Part shown: one piece after another, positions 12,780 through 26,791 of the stretch
Position numbering within the stretch: position 1 is the first letter of the stretch
Layout of the letters: every line of letters begins with the position of its first letter
From: Octopus bimaculoides
Lineage: Eukaryota
Reading direction: 5' to 3'
Assembly (NCBI RefSeq): GCF_001194135.2
Contig: NC_068991.1
Span: forward strand, 79,171,225 to 79,235,224
Length of the DNA stretch: 64,000 nt
Translations under genes and position numbers: made by a program
Notes under the pieces: model-generated
Told to the model about the DNA's origin: nothing
What the model saw: the letters and a program-made list of their open reading frames with translations, nothing else
Database searches by the model: none

Positions 12780-13520
12780 GAGTTGCCACTTCAGAGATAT
12801 TCAGTGAAAATAACGTTTTAGCTTCACATATCAGCAAAGTCTTCGATCGTATCTGGCTTACTGATCCTGCATTAAATTTCCCAACAACGGACTGATAGTT
12901 TTCTATGTCTTTGCACCATTGTGACATGTGTTGATAAATTTCTTTCTGATACATTCTCAATCATTTCAGGTGCCCCTCATATACAACACCGGCCTATTTG
13001 CCGCCACATCCAAAAAGGCCCAGTATTATGCACACAACACTTCACTTCATTTGTCTCTTACCTTCCGTAACGGTGATTTATCATCCGCAGGCATACTAAG
13101 AAACCACACGACAACACCGGCACTTTGAGAATACATTGCGAATATCTTTCAGTCGAGACATACTTGCCTGGTTCTTTTAACAGCAATAAAGTACTTCAAA
13201 CACTAGACATAGCATAAAACACCCACCACACAACATTCAAGTTAAACATGCGAAGCAATCAGCCAAGGCCTTCAAGGTCGTTTTCCAAGTGCTGCAACTC
13301 ACTAACATTAAGGTAAAAACACATCCTTAGAATCCTATCTCCAGAACTGTCTCCGGGTCAGAATATATTTCAGACAAAAACAGAAGATAACACATTAAAA
13401 AGGTCAAATGATGCCCACAACGGAGTTCTGGTCTCATGCACAAGACAGTGCTGCTACTATGGACACCGATATTTGGGACCATATCCAGAGAAGTGCAACG
13501 CGATTAACGAACATTATGTT
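12780..13520 (+). mobile_element. Decayed LINE reverse transcriptase relic (Jockey/CR1/L2-like group)
   Basis: HISKVFDRIW at about 12827-12856 (compare DISKAFDRVW), DKFLSD, QYYAHNTSLHLS (degenerate YADD), and DHIQRSATRL downstream; many frameshifts. Confidence 0.6.
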
Positions 13521-13699
13521 ACATTGGCACTAAATAGCAATACTATAACCAACACGTATGAATATTATAAAATAATTCTATAACCGACAGAGACGAACAT
13601 AATAAACATGGCTTGAATGAGTTATTAAGAAGGAGAAAGCAAACCAAAATTTAGGGAAATATTAAGCTGAACATAATCAATGACTGAAAATACATAGCT

Positions 13700-15110
13700 C
13701 CAGACTATACACGGCTTCACTACAAGAATTAATATATGAAGATTAGAAATATGTCGCAAAACACATTGAATGGAGATAAATTAGCTAAGAACATTAATAT
13801 TATGGTAGATAAAGTAATGGAGATAATGGAATTAAACAAAAGACAGACATAGAAATAACTTGGCATCAAATAAATAAACAGACTGCAAAACATAAATGCG
13901 AGAAGATTTAGGAAGGAATATTATGGGCGTATTAGGATAATACTTGGTGAATACCTAACTCAGAGTTAATGCAAAGGAAGTAAGGTAATGGGTGTAATTA
14001 CTGTATTTGTGTGAGTAATAATGTATTGTTATAATAATATAAACTGAATGTTAAACAAATTAAGGAGACTAACCAGAAAAACAACACAAATAATGATAGC
14101 ATTGAAAATACACAACCCAACATTTCTGACATAGAAGCATATTTGACAAGAAAGTAGTACACTAGGGTCTTGTACAATTATGAACCTATTATTAAACAAA
14201 CACAAAGAGATTCCCAAAAATTACTGCAATGAATCAAAGAAAATTCAAAATAATAGCTACAAAATACGAACAAAACAAATTAATTGTTTTGCCTTCAATT
14301 CAAACAAATCAAAATATTTAATTGTTGTGAGGAGAAAGGAAGGACAAGAAAACAAAACGTATAAATACGACAAAGAAAAAGTGAAAAGGATGCAACAGAA
14401 AACCATGGGAAATCTATGGCTGTACAAGTCCCAGTAATATCCAAGATCATAAGAAAATAAAGTGAGTGAGCATAGTCAAATAAATTACTTAAAACTTTCT
14501 GAAAAACACAGAGCTCAAAGCTGAGACTGACGTTTATATATTGCGGCGCCAGATCAAAACCAACCTACCTGAAACTTTTGAAATCCTTTAAGGAAGAAGG
14601 ATACGTTATGTGGAGGTTAGGAAGAAAACGTTTACTCCATTTTTTTTCTTTTTTTGGTTTGCAGTTTTTGCCAAGAGTGGATACTTCCATAAGCATGACA
14701 GATTGGGACCACACATATATTATGTATGGCACATACACACTATGTACATATATATTATGCTGTTGCGGGTAAACACGAAATAGAAGTTGTGGCGGTAAAA
14801 AGTCTATATAAATAAAACCAAAGAAAAGATCTCTGAGAATGAATAAGTGACAATATTTTGCGATATTCCGATAAAATCAAAACCCGTCGACGAGGTGTGC
14901 GCATAAGGCACAGCCAGAAATGTTTTTGTGCCCTCATTGAAACAATGTAAAGTCACAACATATAATAAAACATCCTTAGAATAATTACAGAGGGAATTAA
15001 TCTGAATATAAAAATTTGTGAAAGAGATACACAAAATGCGGAGACTCAAAACTGATCCTGATAACAGATGATTTGAGAATTATTGAAAGGAAACATGACG
15101 ATAATATATA
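13700..15110 (+). mobile_element. R4/Dong-like (RLE-type) non-LTR retrotransposon relic: post-RT region to endonuclease
   Basis: Across shifting frames: EIMELNKRQT*K*LGI, RKEYYGRIRIIL, LRRLTRKT, ELKAETD..AAPDQ, AKSGYFHKHDRLG, DKIKTRR and EYKNL*KEIHKMRRLKT, in the expected order. Confidence 0.75.
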
Positions 15111-15140
15111 AAAAGACTGACATCCAACAAAATGTTGTGA

Positions 15141-15537
15141 GGAAGGTGTAGATGTGGTTGATGGTAAGGTTGCTTCCCAACTACATGATTCCATGTTCAA
15201 TTCCACTGTTTGGAACTTTGGGCAAGTGTCTCGTACTAGAGGCTCGCTTTGTTCAAAGGTTTGTGAGTGCATTTGATTGATAGAGACTGAAAGAAATTCG
15301 CCACACACACACACACACACACACACGTGTTTGTGTGCGTGCACGTGTGTGTGTGTTTGTCTCCCGGCACCAATTCAAAACCGGTGTTTGTGTGTTTAAC
15401 TTAGCGATTTGGTGAAAGAGGTCGATAGATAAAGAGATAATAAGCACTGCTGTCGAATCGTTCGATAGAATTGTGTTCTTCAAGGCGATGCTCCAGCATG
15501 GCTGCAGTGTAGCGACTGAAACAAGTAAAAGGTAAAA
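15141..15537 (+). mobile_element. SINE family B, near full length, with internal (CA)n/(TG)n
   Basis: tRNA-like head (GTGGTTGATGGTAAG...ATGTTCAATTCCACTG), TTGGGCAAGTGTCT motif, internal microsatellite, and 3' GCTCCAGCATGGCTGCAGT...ACTGAAACAAGTAAAAG. Confidence 0.8.
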
Positions 15538-16052
15538 TGTGGTGATCATATTACTTGAAGGTGTAAAATGTTTAATTTGGAAAGTATTTTGAAATCAATG
15601 GAAACCACAATTTCTGAATTGCATGCTCTATATAGCCGAAGGCGGCAGTCCAGGTTTAATCTACGCAAATTCTTTTTGGCCCTTCCTTTTCGTGCAGTTG
15701 TTTTAATTAATCATAAGTTGACTTTTCGAAGGAGTGGACAGGTGCATCTCGTATGATTTTATTTGCTATTGCGCTTTCAACTCCAGCTGCTGTCAATTAT
15801 ACTTTCCATCGTTTAATAAAATGACGAACCACACAACTTCTAGGGTCGATGGAATACCCCTGTTTGCTTGTCTTGAGCATTTTGAACATAAAACGTCCAT
15901 GTCGGTGCTAGGTCGGTTAGACATATTGTTTTCGTTATGATTAATATTTGTTGATTTAAGAAAATCTTATTTCAAATATCGTATCTGTACGAAGAAAATT
16001 TCCAAGGAATTTTATACACACACACATATATATACATACTTACATATACATA

Positions 16053-16093
<41 letters not shown>

Positions 16094-16312
16094 NNNNNNN
16101 NNNNNNNNNNNNNNNNNNNNNNNNNNNNNNNNNNNNNNNNNNNNNNNNNNNNNNNNNNNNNNNNNNNNNNNNNNNNNNNNNNNNNNNNNNNNNNNNNNNN
16201 NNNNNNNNNNNNNNNNNNNNNNNNNNNNNNNNNNNNNNNNNNNNNNNNNNNNNNNNNNNNNNNNNNNNNNNNNNNNNNNNNNNNNNNNNNNNNNNNNNNN
16301 NNNNNNNNNNNN
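16094..16312. other. Assembly gap (219 N) inside a (TA)n/(TG)n array
   Basis: N run flanked by (TA)n on both sides. Confidence 1.
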
Positions 16313-16396
<84 letters not shown>

Positions 16397-19314
16397 GCTC
16401 GATTCTATATATACACACACATGACACTCCACACGCATACAATATATAATTTTTAGATATTACCGTTTAAAAAGAAGTTAATACAGTCTACCGTTTGCAG
16501 TATGACATAAAATATTCATATAGTATGATCAAAATTTGATTTCTCTAATCGATTATTGCTGACTAGATTTGATACAATATATACACTTCGACATGCACAA
16601 ATATGTTTTGAGTGAACGTATCACTAATTGAATTTGAATGAAATGGAACACATGTCGTAAAGGTCAAACCATAATGAAGTGTGATACATGCTTTAATATA
16701 GGCAATGCTTATGCGAATTCAATAGTCTAGACATAATACCAGATATCAATGTATATATTTATGAAAAAGAAGTCATAGCAGACAAATAAAATATGTGCTT
16801 TGCATACATTATCAGATTAGCTATTCATAGCCTACAGAATATGTTTTGGGAAAATATGTTTAATACAAACGAATACTATATTCACAATTGTATTGATGTG
16901 TGACATTTCAGGGCAGGTTCTTACAGCCATGGTTAAATATTGGGCGAGGGGATTGAACGTTGATATACAGAGCTGGATCACATCGGCCCGGAGCAGAAAA
17001 TTATTGAGTGATCCGTAAGATACAACTTACGATTTCCTATTTCGATCGTCATTGTCAACAGCAGGCTTTAATGTATGACGAGTAAGTAGAATCAATGTAT
17101 GAGTAGAAGAACGGACATGCCTCAGAATATCCATCAGTATGTAATACATAGTTCATATAGAGATCTAAGCACATTCACACACACAGGTATGTGTTGTGGT
17201 GGGGAGCACATGAATTATGACGTTCAATATCTGTTTTAAATACATATTTAGCACAAATGGATTCGAGTCAATGAAACAAATGTGAACTTAAACCCTATGA
17301 TAGTAGTCCACATTGGCAGTACGTAGGAGAGAATGCAATATTCTTGTGAACTTATCAGGGATTATATACTCTGCAACTGTGAGTGTGCCACCTAATGTCA
17401 TGGCAATATCTCCGGATATTGTTAGCGGTAATTGGCTTAAAGTTCCTTAACGAGGCATATCTTTAGGGAATTGAATAAAATAGATTGATATTTATATTAA
17501 TTCATCACATAGCCGTATTCGACACGGAAATAGCATGACAAACTGTTTGTCTAACGACGTGATAACTGGCGTGGATGTAATGCGAAAACCCATACATTAC
17601 ATGATGCGAATATCCTGTCTACTTACAAAGTGGAGCATATAATGAAAGATCGCTAACTAACTAAAGTACCATCGTGTCTCAACTGACCTACGGGAGCTCA
17701 AATATTCTAAATGACACTTTGAATTTTCTTTTGAACTCTCTTCACTTTGATACTCTACATCTGAAGCCTCACGAAACTTATTGGAAGACGTGCAAAAGAT
17801 GAAATTTCAGAAAACTGGAAAATCCTATTCAAACCTTTGAATGTCGTATTAATAGCAGACAAACACAGTGTGTAATTTGGTTCTAATTATGCTGCCTGTA
17901 CACGCGTTGTGGCGTGTATGATCGGGATGTATTTAATAATGATTTCTGGTTGATTAAAGATTGACCTAGAACTACACATTAAAAGAACTAATATCATATA
18001 TTCCTTACAGTTTCTGAGAAGTCGACTAATTGGCACCGTTCCTACAGCATCAGGTCAAATGCTTTCTTGCATTTTTTCCGTCATCTTATGATTCTGAGAG
18101 CAAATTACGCTGAGACCATGAACCGAGCATCAATCTAGAGAAATGGATTGCTGGAATGGTTGGGCGGGATGTCTAGCGGCACAATTCTTGGCAGTTTGCG
18201 AATCTCATTGTGACATACTTGTCTGGTTTATGTAAACAGTTTTCTGTCACCACGCGGCCTTTGCTAAATTGTAAGCATACGAGTCATATATATTCAGTTT
18301 GAGGAAACGCTCCTCCTCCTATTTCAAAATCCATATAAAATGCCATAAGCATCAACCTCCCGCTTGTCCAGGCAATAAAATATACATCGCGATCATTCGA
18401 TGGGTAAAACAAATACTATAAAATTTTAGAAACAAAAGGGATAAAATATAACGTAGTAACTAGTATCAATAATTTCATACAAATAAGAGTTAAAAAGCTA
18501 AGAAAATAATTTGATTAAATTCCGAGATTGTAAAAAGTGCATCATTTCAGAATATTAGATTAAATGAATACAGAATAAAAGAATTATATTAAAGGAGAAT
18601 AAGAATATTGATTTAGTTTAAATTAGGGAGGATATAAAAATTTATAAAAGAGAGGGAATATGAGGTTGACTATTACTTTGCAATCCACGGTCTCAATGCT
18701 GTGATGATTAAATACTGTAAGAACCAGATAAATGTTAAAAGTAAAATTCATAATAAAAATAAATATTGATGACGATTTTAATGATAATGGTGATTACGTG
18801 AAAAAAATATGACCAACATCAACAATAATAATGAATAACAAACATTCCATTATTATTATTAGATTTCAATAAAGTGACATTGAAAAGAGAAAAAAAAAAA
18901 TTATCGGAAAATAGTATTCCTAGTCGAACAAATGGAGTTCCAATATTGGTTGTCGATTGTTAAAGCTTTCATATGTTCTCTGTATTCAAACACAAAGTCG
19001 CGATCTACATGCAATCCATACACATACAAACCTCAGCCATACACACATGCCACGTATACGACAAAAGATTTAACTGAAAAATTAATACGTTTGTTAAACA
19101 CATATATTTGTGCAGTGGAAATTTAAACGATACCAGAATGTTGTGTATAGACAATGAAATGACTATTCTATGGAAATATTTTCGTAGCTCCGTCTTCAAT
19201 GATAATATTATTGATTGAATATACTGTATTTGCTCTTGGTGATTGCTCTTCAAATCAATAACGTAATATGTGGATATGCACTCTGGTGAAATATGGGCTA
19301 AAGTATACAATCTG

Positions 19315-19355
<41 letters not shown>

Positions 19356-19394
19356 TATAGGTAACAGACGCACAATCATATACGCGAATAGAAG

Positions 19395-19441
<47 letters not shown>

Positions 19442-19742
19442 GCTCGCGTGTGAAATAGATCAAAGAATGCAGAAACGTCTTTCATGTACAAATATCCATT
19501 AAAACGGGATTGCTGCTACGTGTTTGCTTTCGGTGGTAAAAACAACACCTAAATATTCAAATCAAATCTTTGCTTCCTCTTTTTATCACGGGCCAGTTTT
19601 GCCATACTTTATCTTCATCTTAACTTTTAAATTGCGGATTTCCGTGTCTTTTAATTCCACCGAATATTTAGTGCATACATACATACATACACACATACAT
19701 ACGCTATGCACATGCACGCACACATACACCAAAATACAAGCG

Positions 19743-19794
<52 letters not shown>

Positions 19795-19821
19795 TAGATA
19801 GATATATGTATACACACACAC

Positions 19822-19869
<48 letters not shown>

Positions 19870-20029
19870 ATTCGGAAATTCTGCTTCTGTTCGTCACTTC
19901 CATAATCTTCTGTTTTGCTAATTTGTGTCGTTTTTCTCCCTACTGTTGTTTGTTTACTTTTTATATTTTATGTATTTCCCCTCCCCCATTTATAGGACCA
20001 GCAATATTGGTTGAATAGTGAGGACAAAG

Positions 20030-20893
20030 ACATTTTCACCAAACCGGAGTCATAGACTGAAATAATGAAACTAATTGAGGAGTTAAATAGACCACATAAA
20101 TGGAACACAATAGGCCAGAACAATTATTGGATTTTTACTTGCGGCCTCAGAGAAAAGCCTCCCCACTAGAAATACCCACAAACATATAATGAAGAAAAAT
20201 ACAATACGTAACTGTAGAATATATAGTGATGGGGAAGAAACAATAAATTATATTTTTTCCTGCTGGTCCGTCCTGGCTAAGACGAAACATATCCACTGAC
20301 ATGACAGATCGGGACCTATATATACTAGAATCTATGCCAACACTATGTAATGACAACAAGAAAAGGATGATATAGGCATATCCCAGAAAGGGTCTCAGAA
20401 AGTAACAAAGCTACCATAGTCTGAGATTTGTCAACACACATAGAGAAAAAAATTAAGGCTAATAGATCGGATCTAGTTGTCAGAGATCCTCGAGGAAAAC
20501 AATACCGTCTAATCGACGAATGAATCCCAACAGATGACAATGAATCTGTAATAGAAACGGAGGGACTCTCAGAATACAAAGATGTGGAAACAGAGATAAC
20601 CTGAATGCGGAGCCTAAAAGCAGAAACAATCCCTGTAATAATAGTTGCATTAGATCAATACATAACCATCCTGACTTACGGATATATATAAGATTCAGCA
20701 AATAACATTACTAGGCACCATTCAGATCTTACGTAAACCACTTTCAATACGATGAAAAAAAAAAAAAAAAACAACCCAAAAAACCACAACACCTATCCAA
20801 GGTACACCGAGCTGCGCTAACGTGCAGTGAAAGCTTCTGATAAGAATAAGACTACTGAATAATGATGATGATAATAATAATAAAAAATAATGA
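20030..20893 (+). mobile_element. R4/Dong-like non-LTR retrotransposon 3' end: zinc knuckle, RLE endonuclease, 3' UTR and (AAT)n-like tail
   Basis: CRIYSDGEETINYIFSCWSVLAKTKHIH*HD, then one frame from 20377: HIPERVSESNKATIV*DLSTHIEKKIKANRSDLVVRDPRGKQYRLIDE*IPTDDNESVIETEGLSEYKDVETEIT*MRSLKAETIPVIIVALD; then IQQITLLGTIQILRK; ends in ACTACTGAATAATGATGATGATAATAATAAT. Confidence 0.9.
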
Positions 20894-21023
20894 TAAACCG
20901 TGTGTGTGTGTGGGGCGGGTAAATATGCAAGTATGTATGCATGTATAATGTAAAGACAATGAACATTAAACATGACAAATAGGAAGGATAAATATGAAAT
21001 AGTTCCACGTTTTATGTATGCAT

Positions 21024-21057
<34 letters not shown>

Positions 21058-22531
21058 ACACACATACATTCAATTGTATTTTCTCGTTCAAACATCCAGT
21101 AAGAACTTTTTCGAACTTTAATTTTACGATCAGCTTTTTCCGTTACGTTTCAGACAGTTCAAGTTTCCTTCAATAAAATGTAGAACGAACAAATCAATTT
21201 CGTTGTTTCAATAATTTTTCGTTGCTATTATTTTAATGTATCGGAATCAAGCTCATAGTTATAATTAGCCATAGCCACATGCGTCAATACTTGTTAGAAG
21301 AAATTAACTCAAGTGGCTCGACCAAGAAATAGAACACCGAGAGCTAATAAAACTAATCTAAATCTTAGGAAATCTTTTACAGCATTAATTTAGCTAATAT
21401 TCATATATTATTCACATTGCAATGCATTGTCTGAAAAGTTTGAACGATTGGAAGTACTATTGGAAGAAATGCTATTTTTAGGTTTTCTCTGATGCTGTGA
21501 TGGTTTGCACATCATTTTCACAATTCCTTTCCGCATCCTCTCCCTCACTTTGTCACTCTCCCTTTTCTCTCCCTCTTCTTCTCTTCCTCGCTCTTTCTCT
21601 CTGAGTCTTCAACCTCATCTCTACCACAATCTCTGTTCTCTTTCAGATCTCTAACTCCGTAATTTCTCAACCAACTCACACTAAAGTCGGTTGTCTCTGA
21701 GTTTCTTTTGGCACTCTTATTCTATCAATTGTCACCTAATCGCTGCACTAAACGCTGCCCCCAATCGTTCCTACTGTAAACTAACATAGTAAATATTTAC
21801 CTCCAGCACACGTTGGCCTAAACATACCCAAGCTTGACATCAAACACATGATAGTTTCCAAAATAAGAGTGTCTGTAAAGGTTGATGGCACATTTACCTC
21901 ATTCTCCCTTGGCATAATTTATATGATTAAAAATACGATTTTGGATCCATAGACACCTCTATATTTTGCATCGTTATGCCACTTTCTCACAGTAATTCAG
22001 GTATTTTAATGGCATTTTCTAATATGCTGTCAATAAATTGCAACTTGAAATAATGAAACTTAAGGAATTGGCTGTGTTGTTAGAGCGACGGATCAAATGC
22101 ATTATAATTGTTGTTTCGTCTATCTCTGCATACTCACTTCGAATCTTGACGAGGTCATTTTTGCCTTTCTTCTTTCGTCGATTCTCCTCCCTCCACCTTT
22201 CCCAGCTGTGTCTTTTCTTCTCTCTATGAGTTTCTCCACCTCCAAATCAGTTTCTTTGCGTCTCAGAAACTCTTTTTAAGAAAACTATTATTTACAGAAT
22301 CTTTTTCTCCGGAAGAAAAAAAAAACGAAAGTGAAGTAAGTGACTGGAAAAATCCTTATCATAGATATGTTACTGGTACCGTGGAAATAAAAGAATGTCA
22401 AGGATAGCTTAGAGGAGAATAAAAGAAAGAAATATGAAATAAACCTTGACGAGATCTGATATCGGAATAAAGTAACAGTTACATCAAGAATGGATGAAAT
22501 ACGTACGAATTGGTTGAAGTAACAGCTACGA

Positions 22532-22766
22532 TAGAAAGGCGGCGAAGCTGGCAGAGTGGTTAGCACGCCGGGCGAAGTGCTTGGCGTTATTTCGTCTGTC
22601 GTTACGTTCTGAGTTCAAATCCCGCCGAGGTCGACTTTACCTTACATCCACTTGGGGTCGATAAATTAAGTACCAGTTACGCACTAGGGTCGATGTAATC
22701 GACTTAATCCCTTTGTCTCTCCTTGTTTGTACCCTCTGTTCGGCCCCTTGTGGGCAATAAAGAAAT
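22532..22766 (+). mobile_element. Full-length SINE family A with 15-bp TSD
   Basis: Intact head (GGCGAAGCTGGCAGAGTGGTTAG; GAGTTCAAATCCC) and core. Perfect TSD AAGTAACAGCTACGA at 22517-22531 and 22767-22781. Confidence 0.95.
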
Positions 22767-23426
22767 AAGTAACAGCTACGAGAGTTTTAGCTAAAATCTA
22801 TAGGAAATACGTCGTCATTCTGGAAAGCACTTTTTTTAAAGCAATACATAGATGTTTTCGATGGAACGAAGATAATTTATAATTTAATCGGCATTCTGTA
22901 ACGTAACAGTAAACGTTTCCATTAAATATGTATTTTTAAAATTATTTTCCCCTTTTGCCTTATTTTATAGATAAAAAAATGTAAAAGGGTCTATCATCAA
23001 CATCGGTCATTATTACAAATATACATGTCAACTAATATGAAATGAGTGCTAATTACTTTTTACGTAGATTTGGTGGTAATTGTAACGTGTTGAACTATCG
23101 ATGACGATGAAACAAAAGATAATTCTATCGCACATCTATACAGAAATTATTTCCTTTCGACATGATTAGTGACATATGATCGCTTTCTTTCTTTCTCTCT
23201 TTCTATCACTAATATATGGTATTACAATATATTTTCGTTCCAAGCGCAGCTGTATGTTTACTTACTTACTGAACTGCAACGATGAAAGTCATTTCAAATA
23301 GCTTAAAGATGTGTCACAGCTATTCTATTTTGAGTGCTCGATTCTCCTCAGCAGAAACAGCTGTGAGATAATGAACGTGATTTCATAACTCCAGTTCTTT
23401 TGTCATCCATTTGTTATATATATATA

Positions 23427-23664
23427 TAGGTTTGGCCAAAAGTCATCTGACTGTAAATCAAGACCATTTAATTTCAAGATTTATTTATGTTTATGATTTG
23501 AACTGAATAAATTTAATAAAAGCATCTAAATATGAAACTTCATGAAAATAGTTCAAACTGAAGTCTTTCTTGAGCGACACATTTTTCCATTCGAGTCAAT
23601 ACAGAAATACCGATAGTATTTATGGAATTTTGATTTACTGTCTGGTGACTTTTGGCCAACGCTA
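23427..23664. mobile_element. Tc1/mariner-type MITE, copy 1 (~30-bp TIRs)
   Basis: TTGGCCAAAAGTCATCTGACTGTAAATCAA ... TTGATTTACTGTCTGGTGACTTTTGGCCAA; the interior is the reverse complement of 50150-50330. Confidence 0.85.
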
Positions 23665-23674
23665 GATATTAATA

Positions 23675-23730
<56 letters not shown>

Positions 23731-24279
23731 TTATTATACACGTATAACTTGCCCATCAACTATACATACATGTATATACTAAGACGGAAAATAGAGGAAA
23801 CATGATGGATAATGTACCCGGGTGACAAATATAAACACCGCAAAATATTCTCTTTATTAGACAATTACATTTTTACTGCACAAATATGGTTCTTTCATAG
23901 AAATTTCGAAAGCATGATAACGAAACATATTGGATAATGGAAGCGGATTAAGTAAATGTATCTACGAAACAAATTTTACACAATTAATTGCTAGTTTAAT
24001 CCTATTAGATGCCTTTCGATCCAATTAATAAATGTTCTCCATATTCTAAATCGGCTACAGTTGAATTTTATAACAGTAACAATGATTGAAACAACATTTC
24101 TCACAACGAAAAAAAATGGAAAAATAAGTTAATTTGTTTTTTTTATTCAGCAGAAGTAATTGGCAGCTTAAATGTTGGAAAAAAAAAACACATTTTGACG
24201 AAAGCGAATTAGTTTCATGTGATAATAAATAATCGTTTGTAAATGTTATACACATCCCTTACAAATGAGATGGTTTGGA

Positions 24280-24480
24280 ATTTTGTCACAAGGCCAGCAA
24301 TCCTGCAGGATGGCGTAAGTTGAGTACATCGACCCCAGTGCTCAACTGCTATTTATTTTATCGATTCCAAAAGGATCAGACAAAAATCGACCACAACAGA
24401 ATTTGGAATCAGAAGGTAAAATCAGACAAAAGCATGTTAAACATTTGCCGCCGAGTACTGACGATTTTGCCAGCTCACAG
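24280..24480 (-). mobile_element. SINE family A copy
   Basis: ACATCGACCCCAGTGCTCAACTG...TTTTATCGATTCCAAAAGGAT...GATTTTGCCAGCTC is the reverse complement of the family core and head. Confidence 0.8.
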
Positions 24481-24689
24481 CGTTCTTTATATATTAAATG
24501 AAGCGCATTCTAACAAGGACTCATATGGGATCGATTTGAAATATACGGGAAAATGATTTGGATTATCATTCTACCTACCTATCTATGTATGTCTGTCTCT
24601 CCTGTCTCTCCCTCCCTCTCTCTTATATATATATATAACTTACTGTTATTAAAAGCCATGGTGCGTTGCATTCCGTTACTTGATAAATT

Positions 24690-24727
<38 letters not shown>

Positions 24728-25296
24728 CTCTCTCTCTCTCGATCTCTGTCTACCTTTCTATATATACTTATAAATTGAGGATGCAATCTTTAAAAGGATT
24801 ACATCAGTGGCTAGATTTAAAAAAAGGAAACACCATATCGATAGAATTAATTTTTAAGTAAATAATTACAAAAATATAATCATAATTAAGGGCGCTGGAG
24901 TGCCAATGCTTATACGCTACAAGTAGATGTCAAATATCTACAAGCCACTCTTGGCTAAGAATATTTGCGAAACTTCAGATAACCCTATATCTTAAGATTT
25001 CAGCAAATGCAGGTATATTTTGATATCTGTACGCAGAACTTTATCGGTACGTACATGTATTTTTCGCCTATATATTGTCGGTGCACCTCTAGTGAAGAGT
25101 ATAAAGTAATTTTTTTTTAATTACGGAACACGAAATCTTAAGATATGGAGTTATCTATCTATCTATCCGTCTATCTCTATCTATGTATCTATCTATCTAT
25201 CTATCTATGGTCTGCACTTGATACATTGGATTTCATGATAAGTAATAAAACTGATACGATGACATTGCACTTTCAGCATCATTTTATGTCTATGTT

Positions 25297-25344
<48 letters not shown>

Positions 25345-26310
25345 GGAGAGTCTTATAGCCTTTGGCAATTCCAATTATTTGTTTAAACAAGGAGCTAAGT
25401 AGAAATATCTGTTTCGATCAGCAATATCGGCAAAAAATGATGGATGAGAGTGATATGTACTTAACTGTCATGCGCATTTTCTGATTCAGCTTAGAGATTT
25501 TTTTCAAAATCGAACGGATTTTGCTGGCCTCCTATACCTCATTTCCCAAGATTTTTAACAGTCATTTAAACAATCTTTAAGATCAATTCTACCAATGAAT
25601 AGATGAATAAATATCTAATTTGTACAAAAGTTTGGAGCAAATACATCATTTGTTTGATATTATTATCCGTTTGAGAGACTATAGCACACATCAGTAATTA
25701 GCATTTTGGTTGAATTTTATATTTCTAGTTTTAAACTGAGCTTAGCCGTGACGGAAGAGATACAAACAGATCGAAACACTGCAGGGTCTCAGTGAATAGT
25801 GGTTTGAGTACACAACGTCAGAAAGGCGAGTTTAGTCTCCAAGACAAAATACAACAGTGATTAGCATATTCGCATTCAAATCTGCTGGAAGGAATTAAGG
25901 ACAATATATATGTATTACTTGATGAGAATTTATCATAATTTATTCTTTGTTTGATCAAACCTTTGTAATTACAATCATTTATTGTGTAAAATAGATATTT
26001 AAGCCCTTTCCTAGACGCTTGCAGGATAATCTAGAAGTAACGTCATGACGAATGGGATGACAATAACTTAATGAAATTTTGAAATGAATTGCTGAGCGCT
26101 TGCGTTATAGCTTCAAGAGAAAAAGTGCCACAGTTGACATTTACAGTCGCTTCTCGCGGGAATTAATACATCCTTTTCTCTTTTCTTTAATTTGTGCGTT
26201 GAATCTATTTCCTATTCTTAGATTAGAAAAATCCTTAAGTACTACCATATTTATGTACATCTCCCTCTCTCTCTATTCATCCAGCTTTATGTGTATATAT
26301 ATATATATAT

Positions 26311-26366
26311 NNNNNNNNNNNNNNNNNNNNNNNNNNNNNNNNNNNNNNNNNNNNNNNNNNNNNNNN
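26311..26366. other. Assembly gap (56 N) between (TA)n and (CA)n
   Basis: N run. Confidence 1.
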
Positions 26367-26407
<41 letters not shown>

Positions 26408-26424
26408 AACATACACACACACGA

Positions 26425-26725
26425 TACCATGGACTTTTTCGTCGAAGACGACGTGTGAGCGTTCAGCTTGTGCACCGAATGATCTTCACAAATGATTTGT
26501 TTATAGAGACCAAATGTCCGTGCCGCACATTAGCTCATTCGCTCCATCAAATCGACGTCGTCTGAACAGGCACACTGTGTGCCACGCGTCAGGTGGCGAA
26601 CTGATCGCAGGGCTACGTGACATGAAGTGTTTTTCCCAAGAACACAATGCATCACCCGGTCCAGAAATCAAAATCCCGTTCTATCAATCGTGAGCGCAAC
26701 ACCTTTCCCCTAAGCCCTGCCCCTA
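26425..26725 (-). mobile_element. tRNA-derived SINE family D (CORE-like central motif)
   Basis: Minus strand has a degenerate tRNA head then TTGTGTTCTTGGGAAAAACACTTCA, similar to the CORE-type motif in the 43620-43897 element. Confidence 0.6.
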
Positions 26726-26791
26726 CCCCTATTGGCCTTAAACCATGTAATGGCCTCGCTGGTGTTGCGCCATAGGGCGAGGCTGACCCCA

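Noticed and set aside
18420-18660. Very AT-rich stretch considered as a possible NUMT
   Set aside because: No mitochondrial gene, rRNA or tRNA motif could be read; needs BLASTN against the mitogenome.
21490-22270. Pyrimidine-rich blocks giving charged minus-strand peptides (KEFLRRKETDLEVEKL..., VKIRSEYAE...)
   Set aside because: Could be LINE linker relics or low-complexity DNA; no diagnostic motif.
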